From assembly GCF_009914755.1 (NCBI RefSeq), contig NC_060928.1: 64,000 nucleotides of DNA; one strand, given 5' to 3'. The translations under genes were made by a program, and so were the position numbers. A model generated the notes under the pieces. That model had not been told where the DNA came from. It did no database searches and saw only the letters and a program-made list of their open reading frames with translations. This DNA is from the human T2T-CHM13v2.0 reference genome, Homo sapiens. Shown piece after piece: positions 41,634 to 53,900 of the stretch (the stretch's first letter is position 1; each line of letters begins with the position of its first letter).

Positions 41634-41647
41634 CACCAAAAAAAAAA
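41605..41647 (+). repeat. Isolated poly(A) tract (~A29 caccA10)
   Basis: Directly visible. No adjacent Alu or L1 body. Confidence 0.9.
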
Positions 41648-42835
41648 CTTGCTTGTGTTCATAAGCCAGTTAGTGCTGATGCTGGCCATAAAACACCAAT
41701 ACTGCACCCTTTCTGCCACACTGCACTGTTACCATCTAAGTGCCAGCCACTAGAAAAGACCTGTGCAGAAAAGTGAATGCTGCATTGCTATAGTTGTAAG
41801 AACCTATCAAAAGTGAGTTCCTTCCTTTGAATAATCCATTGATAATCCAATACAAAAGGTCTTTCTCTTAAATAGTCCATCATCTTCTTCCACATGTCTG
41901 CTATTGTTGTGCCAGTTATCTAAACAATGTAACTATTGATAAAGTCATTTCAGGTGCCATTGGAAAACACACTCTTCATGATTTTAGTAGAAAAATATTA
42001 GCTATAGGTTTTGCTATCTGATAATTCTAAATTTTTTAGTTTAATATAGACAAATATGAAAATTTTTCCATTTTTGGGTACTTAAAATTCCTTTAGTATT
42101 TGAATTTGAGGAGATAAGCCTTGGGAAATCATTTTTATTGCAGAGGGTTGGGTGCTTTCTCTCTTTCTCCACATAAATGAGTAAATAAATGAATTAATTA
42201 TATTTATTTATTAAGCAGACAGATACATAAAATTATATAAATACATTGTATATAATAAATTATATACAATGCATTTATATGATATTTATTTTGTAGATAA
42301 ATTAAGCAGGTATATACACAGAATTGAGTTTCTGTGATAGATATTGAGTAAAGTCATATTTATTTTGAATTTTATAAAGCAGTGCATCTTGAGTAAGTCA
42401 CATTAGTTGTCATAGTGACAATTCAGAATTAAATAAATATTTGATCCTTACCACTTCAGTCTCTTGCTAGAAAGTTCTTTTTATTTTAAATGTTATTATT
42501 ATTATTATTATTTTGCCTGAGTTTGTCATTTTTTTTAAGTGATTAATGGGTATTTCTGTCTTTCTTTGATAGGTAACATGAAGTTTTTAGGACTTGAAAT
42601 TATGTTTTTTAAAAAAGTCTTCATTCCATAGAATTGTCTTTGTCTTTTTAAATTTGCCCTGCTCTGTTTTTTAAATAATGATTCCGATCTTTGATTTAGA
42701 TAGTCTGTAATATAATCAAAATAAACAAAACCTCTTTCTTCATAGATGTGAGGCTGACCTTTATTATAAAAATGCATAGTACAATCTATTAACTTACATC
42801 AGGAAATGAATATATATTATTTATTTTGGCCTAGT

Positions 42836-43460
42836 TGTCAGAAGTGTTTGAACCAGAATGACTCTTGAATAGGTGCTGGCTAAAATAAAGTTGAGACTTA
42901 CGGGGCTGCATTCCCAGGAGGTTAGGCATTCTTAGGCACAGGATGAAATAGGAGGTTGGAACAAGATACAGGTCAAAAAGACCTTGCTCATAAAATAGGT
43001 TGTAGTAAAGAAGCTGGCCAAAACCTATCAAAACCAAGATGACCACAAAAGTGATCTCTGGTGGTCCTCACTGCTTATTATATGCTAATTATAATGCATC
43101 AGCAAGCTAAAAGACACTGCCACCCACCATTGCCATGAGAGTTAATAAATGCCATAGCAAGGTCAGGAAGTTACCTTATATGGTCTAAAAAGGAGAGGAA
43201 CTCTCAGTTCTGGGGATAGCCCACCTCTTTTCTGGAAAACTCATGAATAATCCACTGTTTGTTTAGCATATAATCAAGAAGTAACAATAAGTATAAGCAG
43301 CTGAGCAGCCCATGCTGCTCTACCTATGGAGTAGTCATTCTTTATTCCTTTACTTTCTTAATAAACTTGAATTCACTTTTTGATTCACCCTGAATTCTTT
43401 CTTGTATGAGAATCAAGAACCCTCTCTAGGGGTCTGCATTGAGACCTCTTTCTGGTAATA
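42836..43460 (+). mobile_element. Solo MER41 (MER41B-like) LTR
   Basis: tgtcagaagtgtttgaaccag...ctttctggtaata with a 4-bp TSD tagt (42832-42835 / 43461-43464). Motifs gctgcattcccaggaggttaggcattct and aataaac. Confidence 0.9.
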
Positions 43461-43671
43461 TAGTCACACTTATTGATAATAAGTATTTAAATGTGATAGT
43501 TCCCTTGACCCCTTCACAGAACTCGCAAAGGTGTTGGCTTGTTTACTCAACCCAAAGCTTTCAACCCCTCACAGGAGGGGAAGCATACAGATGAGTGGGT
43601 GCAGGGGCTGGAATGAGTGCTTCTGGGCACTGGCAGAAGTGGCCTGGCAGCAGCGTCTAGGGGGGTCCCAC

Positions 43672-44084
43672 TGTGTCCAGAATTGGTGGGTGCTTGGTCT
43701 CACTGACTTCAAGAATGAAGCCATGGACACTCGCGGTGAGTGTTACAGTTCTTAAAGGCAGCGTGTCCGGAGTTTGTTCCTTCTGATGTTCAGATGTGTT
43801 CAGAGTTTCTTCCTTCTGGGGGGTTCGTGGTCTCACTGGCTCAGGAGTGAAGCTCCAGACGCGCCACCTTAAGAGCTGTAACACTCACTGCAAAGGTCTA
43901 CAGCTTCACTTCTGAGCCAGCAAGACCACGAACCCCCCAGAAGAAAGAAACTCCGAACACATCCGAACATCCGGAGGAACAAACTCCGGACACGCCGCCT
44001 TTAAGAACTGTAACAATTACCACGAGGGTCCACGGCTTCATTCTTGAAGTCAATGAGACCAAGAACCCACCAATTCCAGACACA
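43672..44084. repeat. 189-bp inverted repeat of the LTR12 3' end with a 35-nt spacer
   Basis: 43672-43860 is the reverse complement of 43896-44084, about 20 mismatches by hand count, many at CpG. Confidence 0.95.
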
Positions 44085-44087
44085 TTT

Positions 44088-44105
44088 TGGCAACCCAGAT
44101 GGGAC
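44088..44105 (+). promoter_or_regulatory. Primer-binding site, tRNA-Arg type
   Basis: tggcaacccagatgggac, 3 nt after the LTR-terminal CA. ERV9 is known to use tRNA-Arg. Confidence 0.85.
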
Positions 44106-45315
44106 AATCGCCTATCGCTGAGTGCTGAGACCATCACCCATAGCTGAGTGGCGAGACAATCACCTATCGCCAAGCAGTGAGTACCATCGGACCCCTTTCG
44201 CTTGCTACTCTGTCCTATTTTTCCTTAGAATTCGGGGGCTAAATACCGGGCACCTGTCGGCCAGTTAAAAGCAACTAGCGCAGTCGCTGGACTAAAGATA
44301 CGGGTGTCAGGCTTTCTGGGAAAGGGCTCTCTAACAACCTCTGCCTCTTCAGAGTTGGGACCGTTGGTTTGCCTAGAACCAGCTTCCACTTTTCCTGTAC
44401 TTCTGGGCTGAGCCAAGCATTGACAGAGAGGAAAGCCATGCAGCTCCGGGGTACCGACAACAAGCTGGTTGACCCTGCGGCCATGAGCGGAACTCTCAAA
44501 GTCATGTTGCCCAAGCGAGACTCGCCCCTCTATCCTATCTATCCTGACCCTTACCCCTGGGTCCTAATGCCTGCCAAACTTCCTCTCGCCTCTCTTCTCA
44601 GAGGTTAGTCCTGCTTCTAAAAATTGCTACCTGTGTCTGGTGCTTTTCTAGTTTCTCCTATAAGAATGATTTCTAGTATAAACTCCAGGACTCTGTTACC
44701 TTCTTTAGGCACCTGGGCTCACCAATCAGAATGACATAATTTTGGCCCAAAGTCCCACTGTAGTGGGTATTACATGGAATTTTAGGATCCCTCCTCAGAC
44801 TAACAGGCCTAACAAAAGCTATTCGTGAAGCTAGGATATGGGGAGCCTCAGAAATTGTATCCTTCCTATTCATATAAGTGACGACAAAAGGTGTCACTCT
44901 TCCAACCCTGGAGATCCCTTCCCTCCCTCAAGGTATGGCCCACCACTTCATTTTTGGGGCATATCATCTTTATAGGACAGGGGTAAAGTCCCAATACTAA
45001 CAGGAGAACGCTTAGGACTCTAACAGGTTTTCAAGAATGCATTGGTAAGGGCCACTAAATCCGATTTTTCTTGATCAGTCCTCCTCATGGTCTAGGAGGA
45101 CAGGCAAGGGTGCAGGTTTTCGAGAATGCATCGGTAAGGGCCACAAAATCCGACCTTCTTTGGTCCTCCATGTGGCCTGGGAGGAAAACTAGTGTTTCTG
45201 CTGCTGCATCAGTGAGCGCAACTATTCCTATCAGCAGGGTCCAGGGACCGTTGCAGGTTCTTGGGCAGGCGGAGAAACAAAGCAAACCAAAACCATGGGT
45301 GGTTTTGTCTTTCAG

Positions 45316-46720
45316 ATGGGAAACACTCAGGCATCAACAGGCTTACTCTTGAAATGCATCCTAAGCCATTGGGAACAATTTGATCCAAAACCCTGAAAAA
45401 GAGGCAGCTCATTTTTTCTGCACTATGGCTTGGTGCTAATATTCTCTCTCTGATGGGGAAAAATGGCCACCTGAGGGAAGTACAAATTACAATACTGTCC
45501 TGCAGCTTGACCTTTTCTGTAAGAGGTAAGGCAAATGGAGTGAAATACCTTATGTCCAAGCTTTCTTTTCATTGAAGGAGAATACACAACTATGCAAAGC
45601 TTGCAATTTACATCCCACAGGAGGACCTCTCAGCTTATCCCCATATGGTAGCCTACCTATAGCTCCCCTTCCTATTAATGATAATCCTCTGCTAATCTCC
45701 CCTTCCCAGAAGGAAATAAGCAAAGAAATCTCCAAAGGACCACAAAACCCCCCGGGCTATCAGTTATGTCCCCTTGAAGCTGTAGGGGGAGGGGAATTTG
45801 GCCCAACCCGGGTACACGTTCCCTTGTCCCTCTCTGATTTAAAGCAGATCAAGGCAGACCTGGGGAAGTTTTCAGATTTTCCTGACAGGTTCATAGATGT
45901 CCTACAGGGTCTAGGGCAAACCTTTGACCTCGCTTGGGGAGATGTCTTGCTACTGTTAGATCAAACCCTGGCCTTTAATGAAAAGAATGTGGCTTTAACT
46001 GCAGCCCAAGAGTTTGGAGATACCTGGTATCTTAGTCAAGTAAATGACAGAATGACAGCCGAAGAAAGGAACAAATTCCCTACTGGTCAGCAAGCCATCC
46101 CTAGTATGGATCCCCACTGGGACCTTGACTCAGATCATGGGGACTGGAGTCACAAACATCTGTTGACCTGTGTTCTAGAAGGACTAAGGAGAATTAAAAA
46201 AAGCCCATGAATTATTCAATGATTTCCACCATAACTCAGGGAAAGGAAGAAAATCCTGCCTTCCTCGAGTGGCTATGAGAGGCCTTAAGAAAATATACTC
46301 CCCTGTCACCCAAATCACTTGAGGGTCAATTGATTCTAAAACATGAGTTTATTACCCAATCCAGCCACAGATATCAGGAGAAAGCTCCAAAAGCAAGCCC
46401 TGGGCCCTGAACAAGATCTAGAGACATTACTAAACCTGGCAACCTTGGTGTTCTATCATAGGGACCAAGAGGAACAGGCCCAAAAGGAAAAGCGAGATCA
46501 GAGAAAGGCTGCAGCCTTAGTCATGGCCCTTGGACAAACAAACGTTGGTGGTTCAGAAAGGACAGAAAATGGAGCAGGCCAATCACCTGATAGGGCTTGT
46601 CATCAGTGTGGTTTACTAGGACACTTCAGAAAAGATTGTCCGATGAGAAACAAACTGCCCCCTTGTCCATGTCCACTATGCCGAGGCAATCACTGGAAGG
46701 TGCACTGCCCCAGAGGATGA
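45316..46720 (+). pseudogene. gag: ERV9 gag, disrupted
   Basis: ATG GGA (MGNTQA myristylation-type start). Capsid ORF 45572-46210 ([14 protein letters not shown]) and NC ORF 46343-46720 with CHQCGLLGHFRKDC. Stops and frameshifts lie between them. Confidence 0.9.
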
Positions 46721-46786
46721 AGATTCCCTGGGTCAGAAGCCCCCAACCAGATGATCCAACAACAAGACTGAGGGTGCCTGGGGCAA

Positions 46787-48994
46787 GTGCCAGGTCATGT
46801 CATCACCCTCACTGAGCCCCGGGTATGTTTAACTATTGAGGGCCAGGAAACTGACTTCCTCCTGGACACTGGTGCGGCCTTCTCGGTGTTAATCTCCTGT
46901 CCTGGAAGACTGTCCTCAAGGTCCGTGACCATCCAAGGAATCCTGGGACAGCTTGTAACCAGATATTTCTCCCATCTCCTCTGTTGTAACTGGGAGACTT
47001 TGCTCTTTTCACATGCCTTTCTTGTTATGCCTGAAAGTCCCACACCCTTATTAGGGAGGGATGTATTAGCCAAGGCTGGAGCTATTACCTACATGAATAT
47101 GGGGAACAAGTTACCCATTTGTTGTCCCCTACTTGAGGAGAGAATCAACCCTGAAGTCTGGGCATTGGAAGGACAATTTGGAAGGGCAAAAAATGCCCAC
47201 CCATTTCAAATCAGGTTAAAAGATCCCACCACTTTTCCTTTTCAAAGGCAATATCCCTTTAGGCCTGAAGCTCACAAAGGATTAAAGAATATTGTTAAAC
47301 ATTTAAAAGCTCAAGGCTTAGTAAGGAAATGCAGCAGTCCCTACAACACCTCAATTCTAGGAGTACAAAAACCAAACGGTCAGTGGAGGCTAGTGCAAGA
47401 TCTTAGACTCATCAATGAGGCAGTAATTCCTCTATATCCAGTTGTACCCAACCCCTATACCCTGCTCTCTCAAATACCAGAGGAAGCAGAATGGTTCATG
47501 GCTCTGGACCTCAAGGATGCCTTCTTCTGTATTCCCCTGCACTCTGACTCCCAGTTCCTCTTTGCCTTTGAGGATCCCACAGACCACACGTCCCAACTTA
47601 CAGGGACGGTCTTGCCCCAAGGGTTTAGGGATAGCCCTCATCTATTTGGTCAGGCACTGGCCCAAGATCTAGGCCACTTCTCAAATCCAGGCACTCTGGT
47701 CCTTCAATATGTGGATGATTTACTTTTGGCTACTAGTTCAGAAGCCTCGTGCGAGCAGGCTACTCCAGATCTCTTGAACTTTCTAACTAATCAAGGGTAC
47801 AAGGTGTCTAGGTTGAAGGCCCAACTTTGCCTACAGGAGGTCAAATATCTAGGCCTAATCTTAGCCAGAGGGACCAGGGCCCTCAGCAAGGAATGAAAAC
47901 AGCCTATACTGGCTTACCCTCACCCTAAGACATTAAAACAGTTGTGGGGGTTCCTTGGAATTACCAGCTTTTGCCGACTATGGATCCCCAGATATAGCGA
48001 GATAGCCAGGCCCCTCTATACTCTAATTAAAGAAACCCAGAGGGCAAATAATCATCTAGTAGAATGGGAACCAGAGGCAGAAACAACCTTCAAAACCTTA
48101 AAGCAGGCCCTAGTGCAAGCTCCAGCTTTAAGCTTTCCCACAGGACAAAACTTCTCTTTATACATCACAGAGAGAGCTAGGACAGCTCTTGGAGTCCTTA
48201 CTTAGACTCGTGGGACAACCCCACAATTGGTGGCATACCTAAGTAAGGAAATTGATGTAGTAGAAAAGGCAGTCCTCACTGTTTAAGGGTATTTGCAGCA
48301 GTGGCCGTCTTAGTGTCAGAGGCTATCAAAATAATACAAGGAAAGGATTTCACTGTCTGGACTACTCATGATGTAAATGGCATACTAGTTGCCAAAGGAA
48401 GTTTATGGCTATCAGACAACTGCCTACTTAGATACCAGGCGCTACCCCTTGAGGGACCGGTGCTTCAAATACACACATGCATGGCCCTCAACCCTGCCAC
48501 TTTTCTCCCAGAGGATGGGGAACCAATCGAGCATGACTGCCAACAAATTATAGTCCAGACTTATGCCACCTGATATGATGTCTTAGAAGTCCCCTTAACT
48601 AATCCTGACCTTAACCTATATACCAATGGAAGTTCATTTGCAGAGAATGGGATACGAAGGGCAGGTTACGCCATAGTTAGTGACGTAACCATAGTTGAAA
48701 GTAAGCCTCTTCCCCCAGGGACCAGTGCCCAGTTAGCAGAACTAGTGGCACTTACCTGAGCCTTAGAACTGGGAAAGGGAGAAAGAATAAATGTGTACAC
48801 AGATAGCAAGTATGCTTATCTAATCCTACATGCCCATGCTGCAATATGGAAAGAATGGGAGTTCCTAACCTCTGGGAACCCCCACTGGATGCCACAGGAA
48901 AGTTATGGAGTTATTGCACTTGGTGCAGGAACCCAAAGAGGTGGCAGTCTTGCACTGCCATAGCCATCAAAAATGGGAAGGAGAGGGGAGAACA
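46787..48994 (+). pseudogene. pol: ERV9 pro-pol, open for 369 codons (46787-47896), then disrupted and truncated in RNase H
   Basis: LLDTGA and LLGRD (protease); DLKDAFF, LPQGFRDSP and YVDD (RT). Later fragments have stops. No integrase. Confidence 0.93.
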
Positions 48995-50709
48995 CCATGA
49001 CCCCTGGAGCCACAGAAGGCGTGTGTTACAGTGTGCTCTTTTAGCTTTGCTATCCACAGACAGATTAAGCGCCTAACAGCTCAGTGGAGGGTCAGGGTGA
49101 CAGCCTTTTGCACCCACCCTCTTGAAACCCAAGTTCTTGTCTGGTGTCCAGGAAGAATGAGGTTGTGTGAATGAATTGAAGGGTGGTGAATAAGGAGGAT
49201 TTTCTTGAAGGGTGGATGTGGCTCTCAGTGGGAAAAGGAGATGGGAAGGGGATGTAGTGGGAAGATGGCCTTCCCCTGGAGTTCAGCCATCCCTGCAAAG
49301 TCCTGCCGTGAAGCTATTCCTGTAAAGTAAAGCTGCTTCTCTCCAAATCTGGTTGCATCTTCTCTTCACTCCTTCTCTGCTGCTCTGCCATGCTGCCACT
49401 CTGCTGCACTGCCAGTGGAGCCTGGGGTTTTTATGAGTACAGGATGGTGGGTCTGGTGGGCTAAAAACAACATCCAAGCAGGAAAACAAGAACGCATTTT
49501 CTCACTTTCGGCCGTGCGTCCAGGCTTGAGGATAAGGCTTCACCAGGGACCCCACCACTTTCTGCCTAGTATTTCCCCGCCTTCTGTCTGTATCAACATG
49601 GTGCTTAGGGCCCTTGTTCTTTCTTCCAATCACAAGTTTACCATAGAAATTTTGTTGAAGAACTTCAAGAATCCTTTCATAAGTATCTTCTTTGATATCT
49701 TTGATAATGATGAATGTTGTCTTTAAATAAGTTTTCTTTGTTCAAGGAACCAAAGGCTAGCATGAACTGGAACAGAGGTAGAGCAAAGTTGAGACAACTT
49801 TATTTATATTAAAATAATAATTTGGTAAACTCCAGGAGAAGTGCTCTAACTTTACTGACATTTATATTTTGACCCTTAAAATGGACAATATGGGGTAGGA
49901 TGTTCAATTAGAGCACAGAAAAATTGGGGAAAAGACAAATCTCTGCTATCAAAAAGAAGATGCTGGAAGGCTACCTTCTTGAATAAGATTACTTGGGATA
50001 TAAAATCTCACATGGAAAGAAAGAAAAAGAAGATTCTTTGCCTGGCTAACTGGAATTAATTCTTCACTCTCTAGTTGCTCTTAAAGCATCTACTTTCATT
50101 CATTCAGCAGACAATTTTGAGTATCACTTTGTGTCAGACACGATTCTTAACTTTAGAAATCTACAATAATAATGATTATGAGAGTAGACAAATTTCTTGC
50201 TTTTAGGGAACTTACTTTCTAGGGAAATAAGGCAGAAATAAACAAATAAGAAAATAAATATATAACATTCCAAACAAAATTTGGAATGAGTGTTAGGAAC
50301 GTTCATTCAACATAATTATTTCACATTTATTATGTGCCACGTGCTATCTCAGATCTTGAAAATACAAAGAAGCAAAAAACGTTCTACCCTTGGGAATTTA
50401 CAGTGGGAAACATACACAGGAAAGGTTAAAAAAAAAGTTTCGCAGAACAGATGTAAAATGCAGGAATTTATGACATTCTGGTTACTCAGATTCTATCCTA
50501 GTGTCATGATAATTCGGAAGAGACCATCAGGGTGAGCCATCTTTGATTCATCCTCAGAGCTGGGGGCAATGTTGTAGTCCAGTAAATACAGTACCTGATC
50601 AATTGGCAGCCACATGCTTGATGATATGACTTCTCATTACTGAATTTAGATATATTTTTATAATGTCAAAGCAACTGAGAAGTGAAAGAGCTATGGATAT
50701 TCTATAGAG

Positions 50710-50997
50710 CAGCACTGTCCAATAGAAATATAAGCCACAGATAAAAGATACATATATAATATAAAATTATCCAGTTGCCTAATAAGAAGTGAAATACATT
50801 TTTATAATACATGTTTTAACTAAATATGTTCAATATATTATCATTTCAACATTTAATAGTGTAAAAACTATTAGTGAGATGTTACATTATTTTTTCACAC
50901 TGAGTCTTCAAAATTGAGAATTTCCACTTAAGCATAATCCAATTTGGACTAGTGATATTTCAGTTACTCTGTAGCTCATGGTTACCATATTACACAG
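50710..50997 (+). mobile_element. hAT-Charlie MITE (MER33/MER3-like)
   Basis: cagcactgtccaatagaaatataagccaca...aatttggactagtgatatttcag...ggttaccatattacacag. Confidence 0.75.
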
Positions 50998-53900
50998 AAA
51001 TATATTGATTTTTTCCTCACAGTGATCCTAGACATCTACCTCAGAGAAAAAAAAAATAGATAGATAGATAGGTAGATAGATTTCAATATAGTTATAGATC
51101 TTCCAGCTTATTTTTAATACTGCACCTGGCAATTTTGGGGACTTTTCTGCTAGTTATGTTAAATATTTGGTAAGTATCTTCAATGAGTTACAAGGTAGTA
51201 GACATGTGTATGTGGAAAATAATGGAGCCATAGCTAAATTAAAAGGTGAATTTCTGCGCATCTCTCATCCCTGCTAAATTATTGTGAATTTCTGAATTTC
51301 TGAGCATCTCTCATCCCCACTACATTATGGTAAACTATGAGTTATTTAATGAATCACACACAAAAAAAGGATTTTCTTTCTTTTTTTTTTTTTTTGGTCC
51401 TATAGTAATGAGAGTATTAACGGTGAGGCTTACGTGTTCCAAGATTTTCTGAAATTGCAAAGTATAATGTAACAAACTAGAAACTGCATTTTTCCTGATT
51501 CCTCATTGAATTACATACTCACTAAGTGCTGCCAACTTGCTGACTACATATATTTTTAAGTCCAAGAGGCAAAAGGTGAGTATTCACCATTGACCTGCTT
51601 GTCAAAAACACTGAACAATTTTTCTATATGTTGACAGTTTATCTAATTTTTTCTTCCTGTGTTGGCCTTACGTCCTTCTCTCTCAGGTGTTTTCTATCTG
51701 TGCCTTTCAGAGTGTTTGTTCAGATGATGCCTGAATTTACAAAGTCACTAAAAAATAAGATTTAACTTTGTCAATCCAGAACTGAAAGCCTACTATCTGG
51801 AAAGTTAAATTGTGGGTGTTGCAGTCATTTATAACCAGTATGCAACATTAAAAAACAATATATGTTTGATATTCAATTAATATATTATTTATAGTTATTA
51901 TCCTTATTTTATATTGAAAATACTAAGAATGAACTGTCCTCCAAATCTAATGCAATGATATTCATTCATATGGGATTCAGATTAAAAAGTTATTTTTCTA
52001 TGTGTATAATTTGATTCGTTAAATGAAAAAAGTTAATTGCATTATTCTTCACATCAATAATTTATGACTAACTTCTATTTTTAATTATTTAACTGAATAT
52101 TTCATTGATACCAATATAAAAATTTTTTCTTGCTGCTAACCGTACCTCTGCCTTTGTTTCAGGTCAATCAATATTGAAGCATTGATCTTATCTAGGTTAC
52201 AACTTTCTCCTCATTAATACAACTTGAGTACACTCAATAAACAAACTGAAAATGCAGCCATTAAATACACACAACAGAATACATCATAAAACTTTCAACT
52301 TTTCTCTTTGTTGATTTACTGATGAAATGTTCAAACCCTTCAAAAGCTTTTAGTGTTACCTGAATATATTTACTTCTATTCACATCATATTGAAGCACTT
52401 TATTCAAGGTATTAACTTGAGAAGGAAAAGTTCTGCCAAATTCCTCTAAATATCGTCATTTGTTAGTTACTGTACACAATTTTAAGTGGATTTTCTTCTA
52501 AATACAATTTTATTTTTCTTTAAATTTTTTGATCATTATTTGAAATTTAGGGATTAACCAAGTTTACTAGCTGATATTTTAATGATTCTATTACCAAGCT
52601 CCTTAAACAAGTCTGTGAATGTCATTTTATTTTTTTTCCCTGAGACTATACATTCTTACTTATATCTCTATTCTATACTACTGAGCTGTACCTTTCTTTG
52701 AAATTATCATAATTAGTTATTTAAATGTATATACCTCTTTTGTTTTCCTTTGGTATTAGAATCCATAGGTTTAACAATGTTAGTATTTCTTTCCCCGTAT
52801 TTTATTTGTTACAGCATGCTATAAAAGCTTTGTGTAAACGTTTAAAATTTCATTAGATGTTTTATTAGTTATGCTTCATGCTATTTTATAAGGTAAGAGA
52901 AGCATTACTATTCTACGGCTAAAAAAATGACACAATAAAGAGTCAATTGTAGAAATTTCAAATGATCTATTCAAAATCTAGAGGCTTTTGCAGTGGACCA
53001 TGTTGCCTCCAGAGATCCAGCGCCCCAGTTACCTAGATAGACAGATAGATTAATAAAAAGGAATTTCTTGGCATCATTTTAATCTACTTATTATAAACCT
53101 ATTCATTAAGTAGTTAGACAATAAAACAAAAACTTGGTAAGGGGATGAGCACAATGAAAGTAGGATATCTTACTGTCAGCAGGCTAAAGTACAGAGCTTA
53201 CATAGGTTCTCAGGATGTTTATTATGGCAAAGATTCACAACAAATAATTTTGACCAAATGAGAAATATTTAAAAGAAAGGCAAAGTAAGGTATAGAGAGT
53301 GGGCCAAATTATATGAAAGAGTTTTTATTTACATTGTCTTAACTTTTCATTTCAAAATTAGTTTAGATTCACACTACATTGAAAGAAAAAAAAAGGCACA
53401 GAGAGGTTCTGTGGATGCTCCACCGTTTCCCCAGTGGTAACCTCTTGAGTAAACTGTAGGACAGCATTAAAACCAGGAAATTTTCATCCACTAAATTTAC
53501 TACATATGCTCGTTTGTGTATACATGAATGTGGCAAGGGATGGTATGCAGAGCTATAAATGCACATCACATGTATAGACTCATGTAACTACCACCACAAT
53601 GAAAATACAGAGCTTTCTACCACCACAGGCTCCATCATGCTAAGTTTTTGTGGCCACACCCAACCTCTCTCTTACTCCTATCCCTAACCCCTCAAAACCA
53701 CCAATATGTTGTTCATCTTCATAATGTTGCCATTTAACAATGTTAAATAAGTGAAAGACTATAGTATCTAGCCTTTTGAGGTTAGCTTTTTTTTCCCACT
53801 CAGCATAATGACCTTGACATTTATCCGGGTTATTCTATTAGCCCTATATTTTTTTCTATCTTTCTCCTCTCCTTCTGTAACTACAGTGATATGAATGCTA

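Larger units (their letters stand above)
43672..48994 (+). mobile_element. Aberrant ERV9/HERV9 provirus: inverted LTR12 3' end + LTR12 3' end + PBS + gag-pro-pol; no U3, env or 3' LTR
   Basis: LTR12 terminal motifs (gagaccaagaacccaccaattccagacaca), Arg-type PBS and ERV9-like ORFs. Flanked by ccac / ccat. Confidence 0.9.
43487..49595 (-). mobile_element. Solo ERV1 LTR (LTR1/LTR27/LTR28 group) split by the ERV9 insertion; pieces 43487-43671 and 48995-49595
   Basis: Reverse complement starts tgatacagacagaaggcggggaaatactagg. The two pieces rejoin as ...ctaggggggtc[ccac]gacccctggagcc... Confidence 0.75.

Noticed and set aside
44101-44190. Three ~25-bp tandem repeats after the PBS, superficially array-like
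   Set aside because: There are no unique spacers. It appears to be a normal ERV9 leader repeat, not CRISPR.
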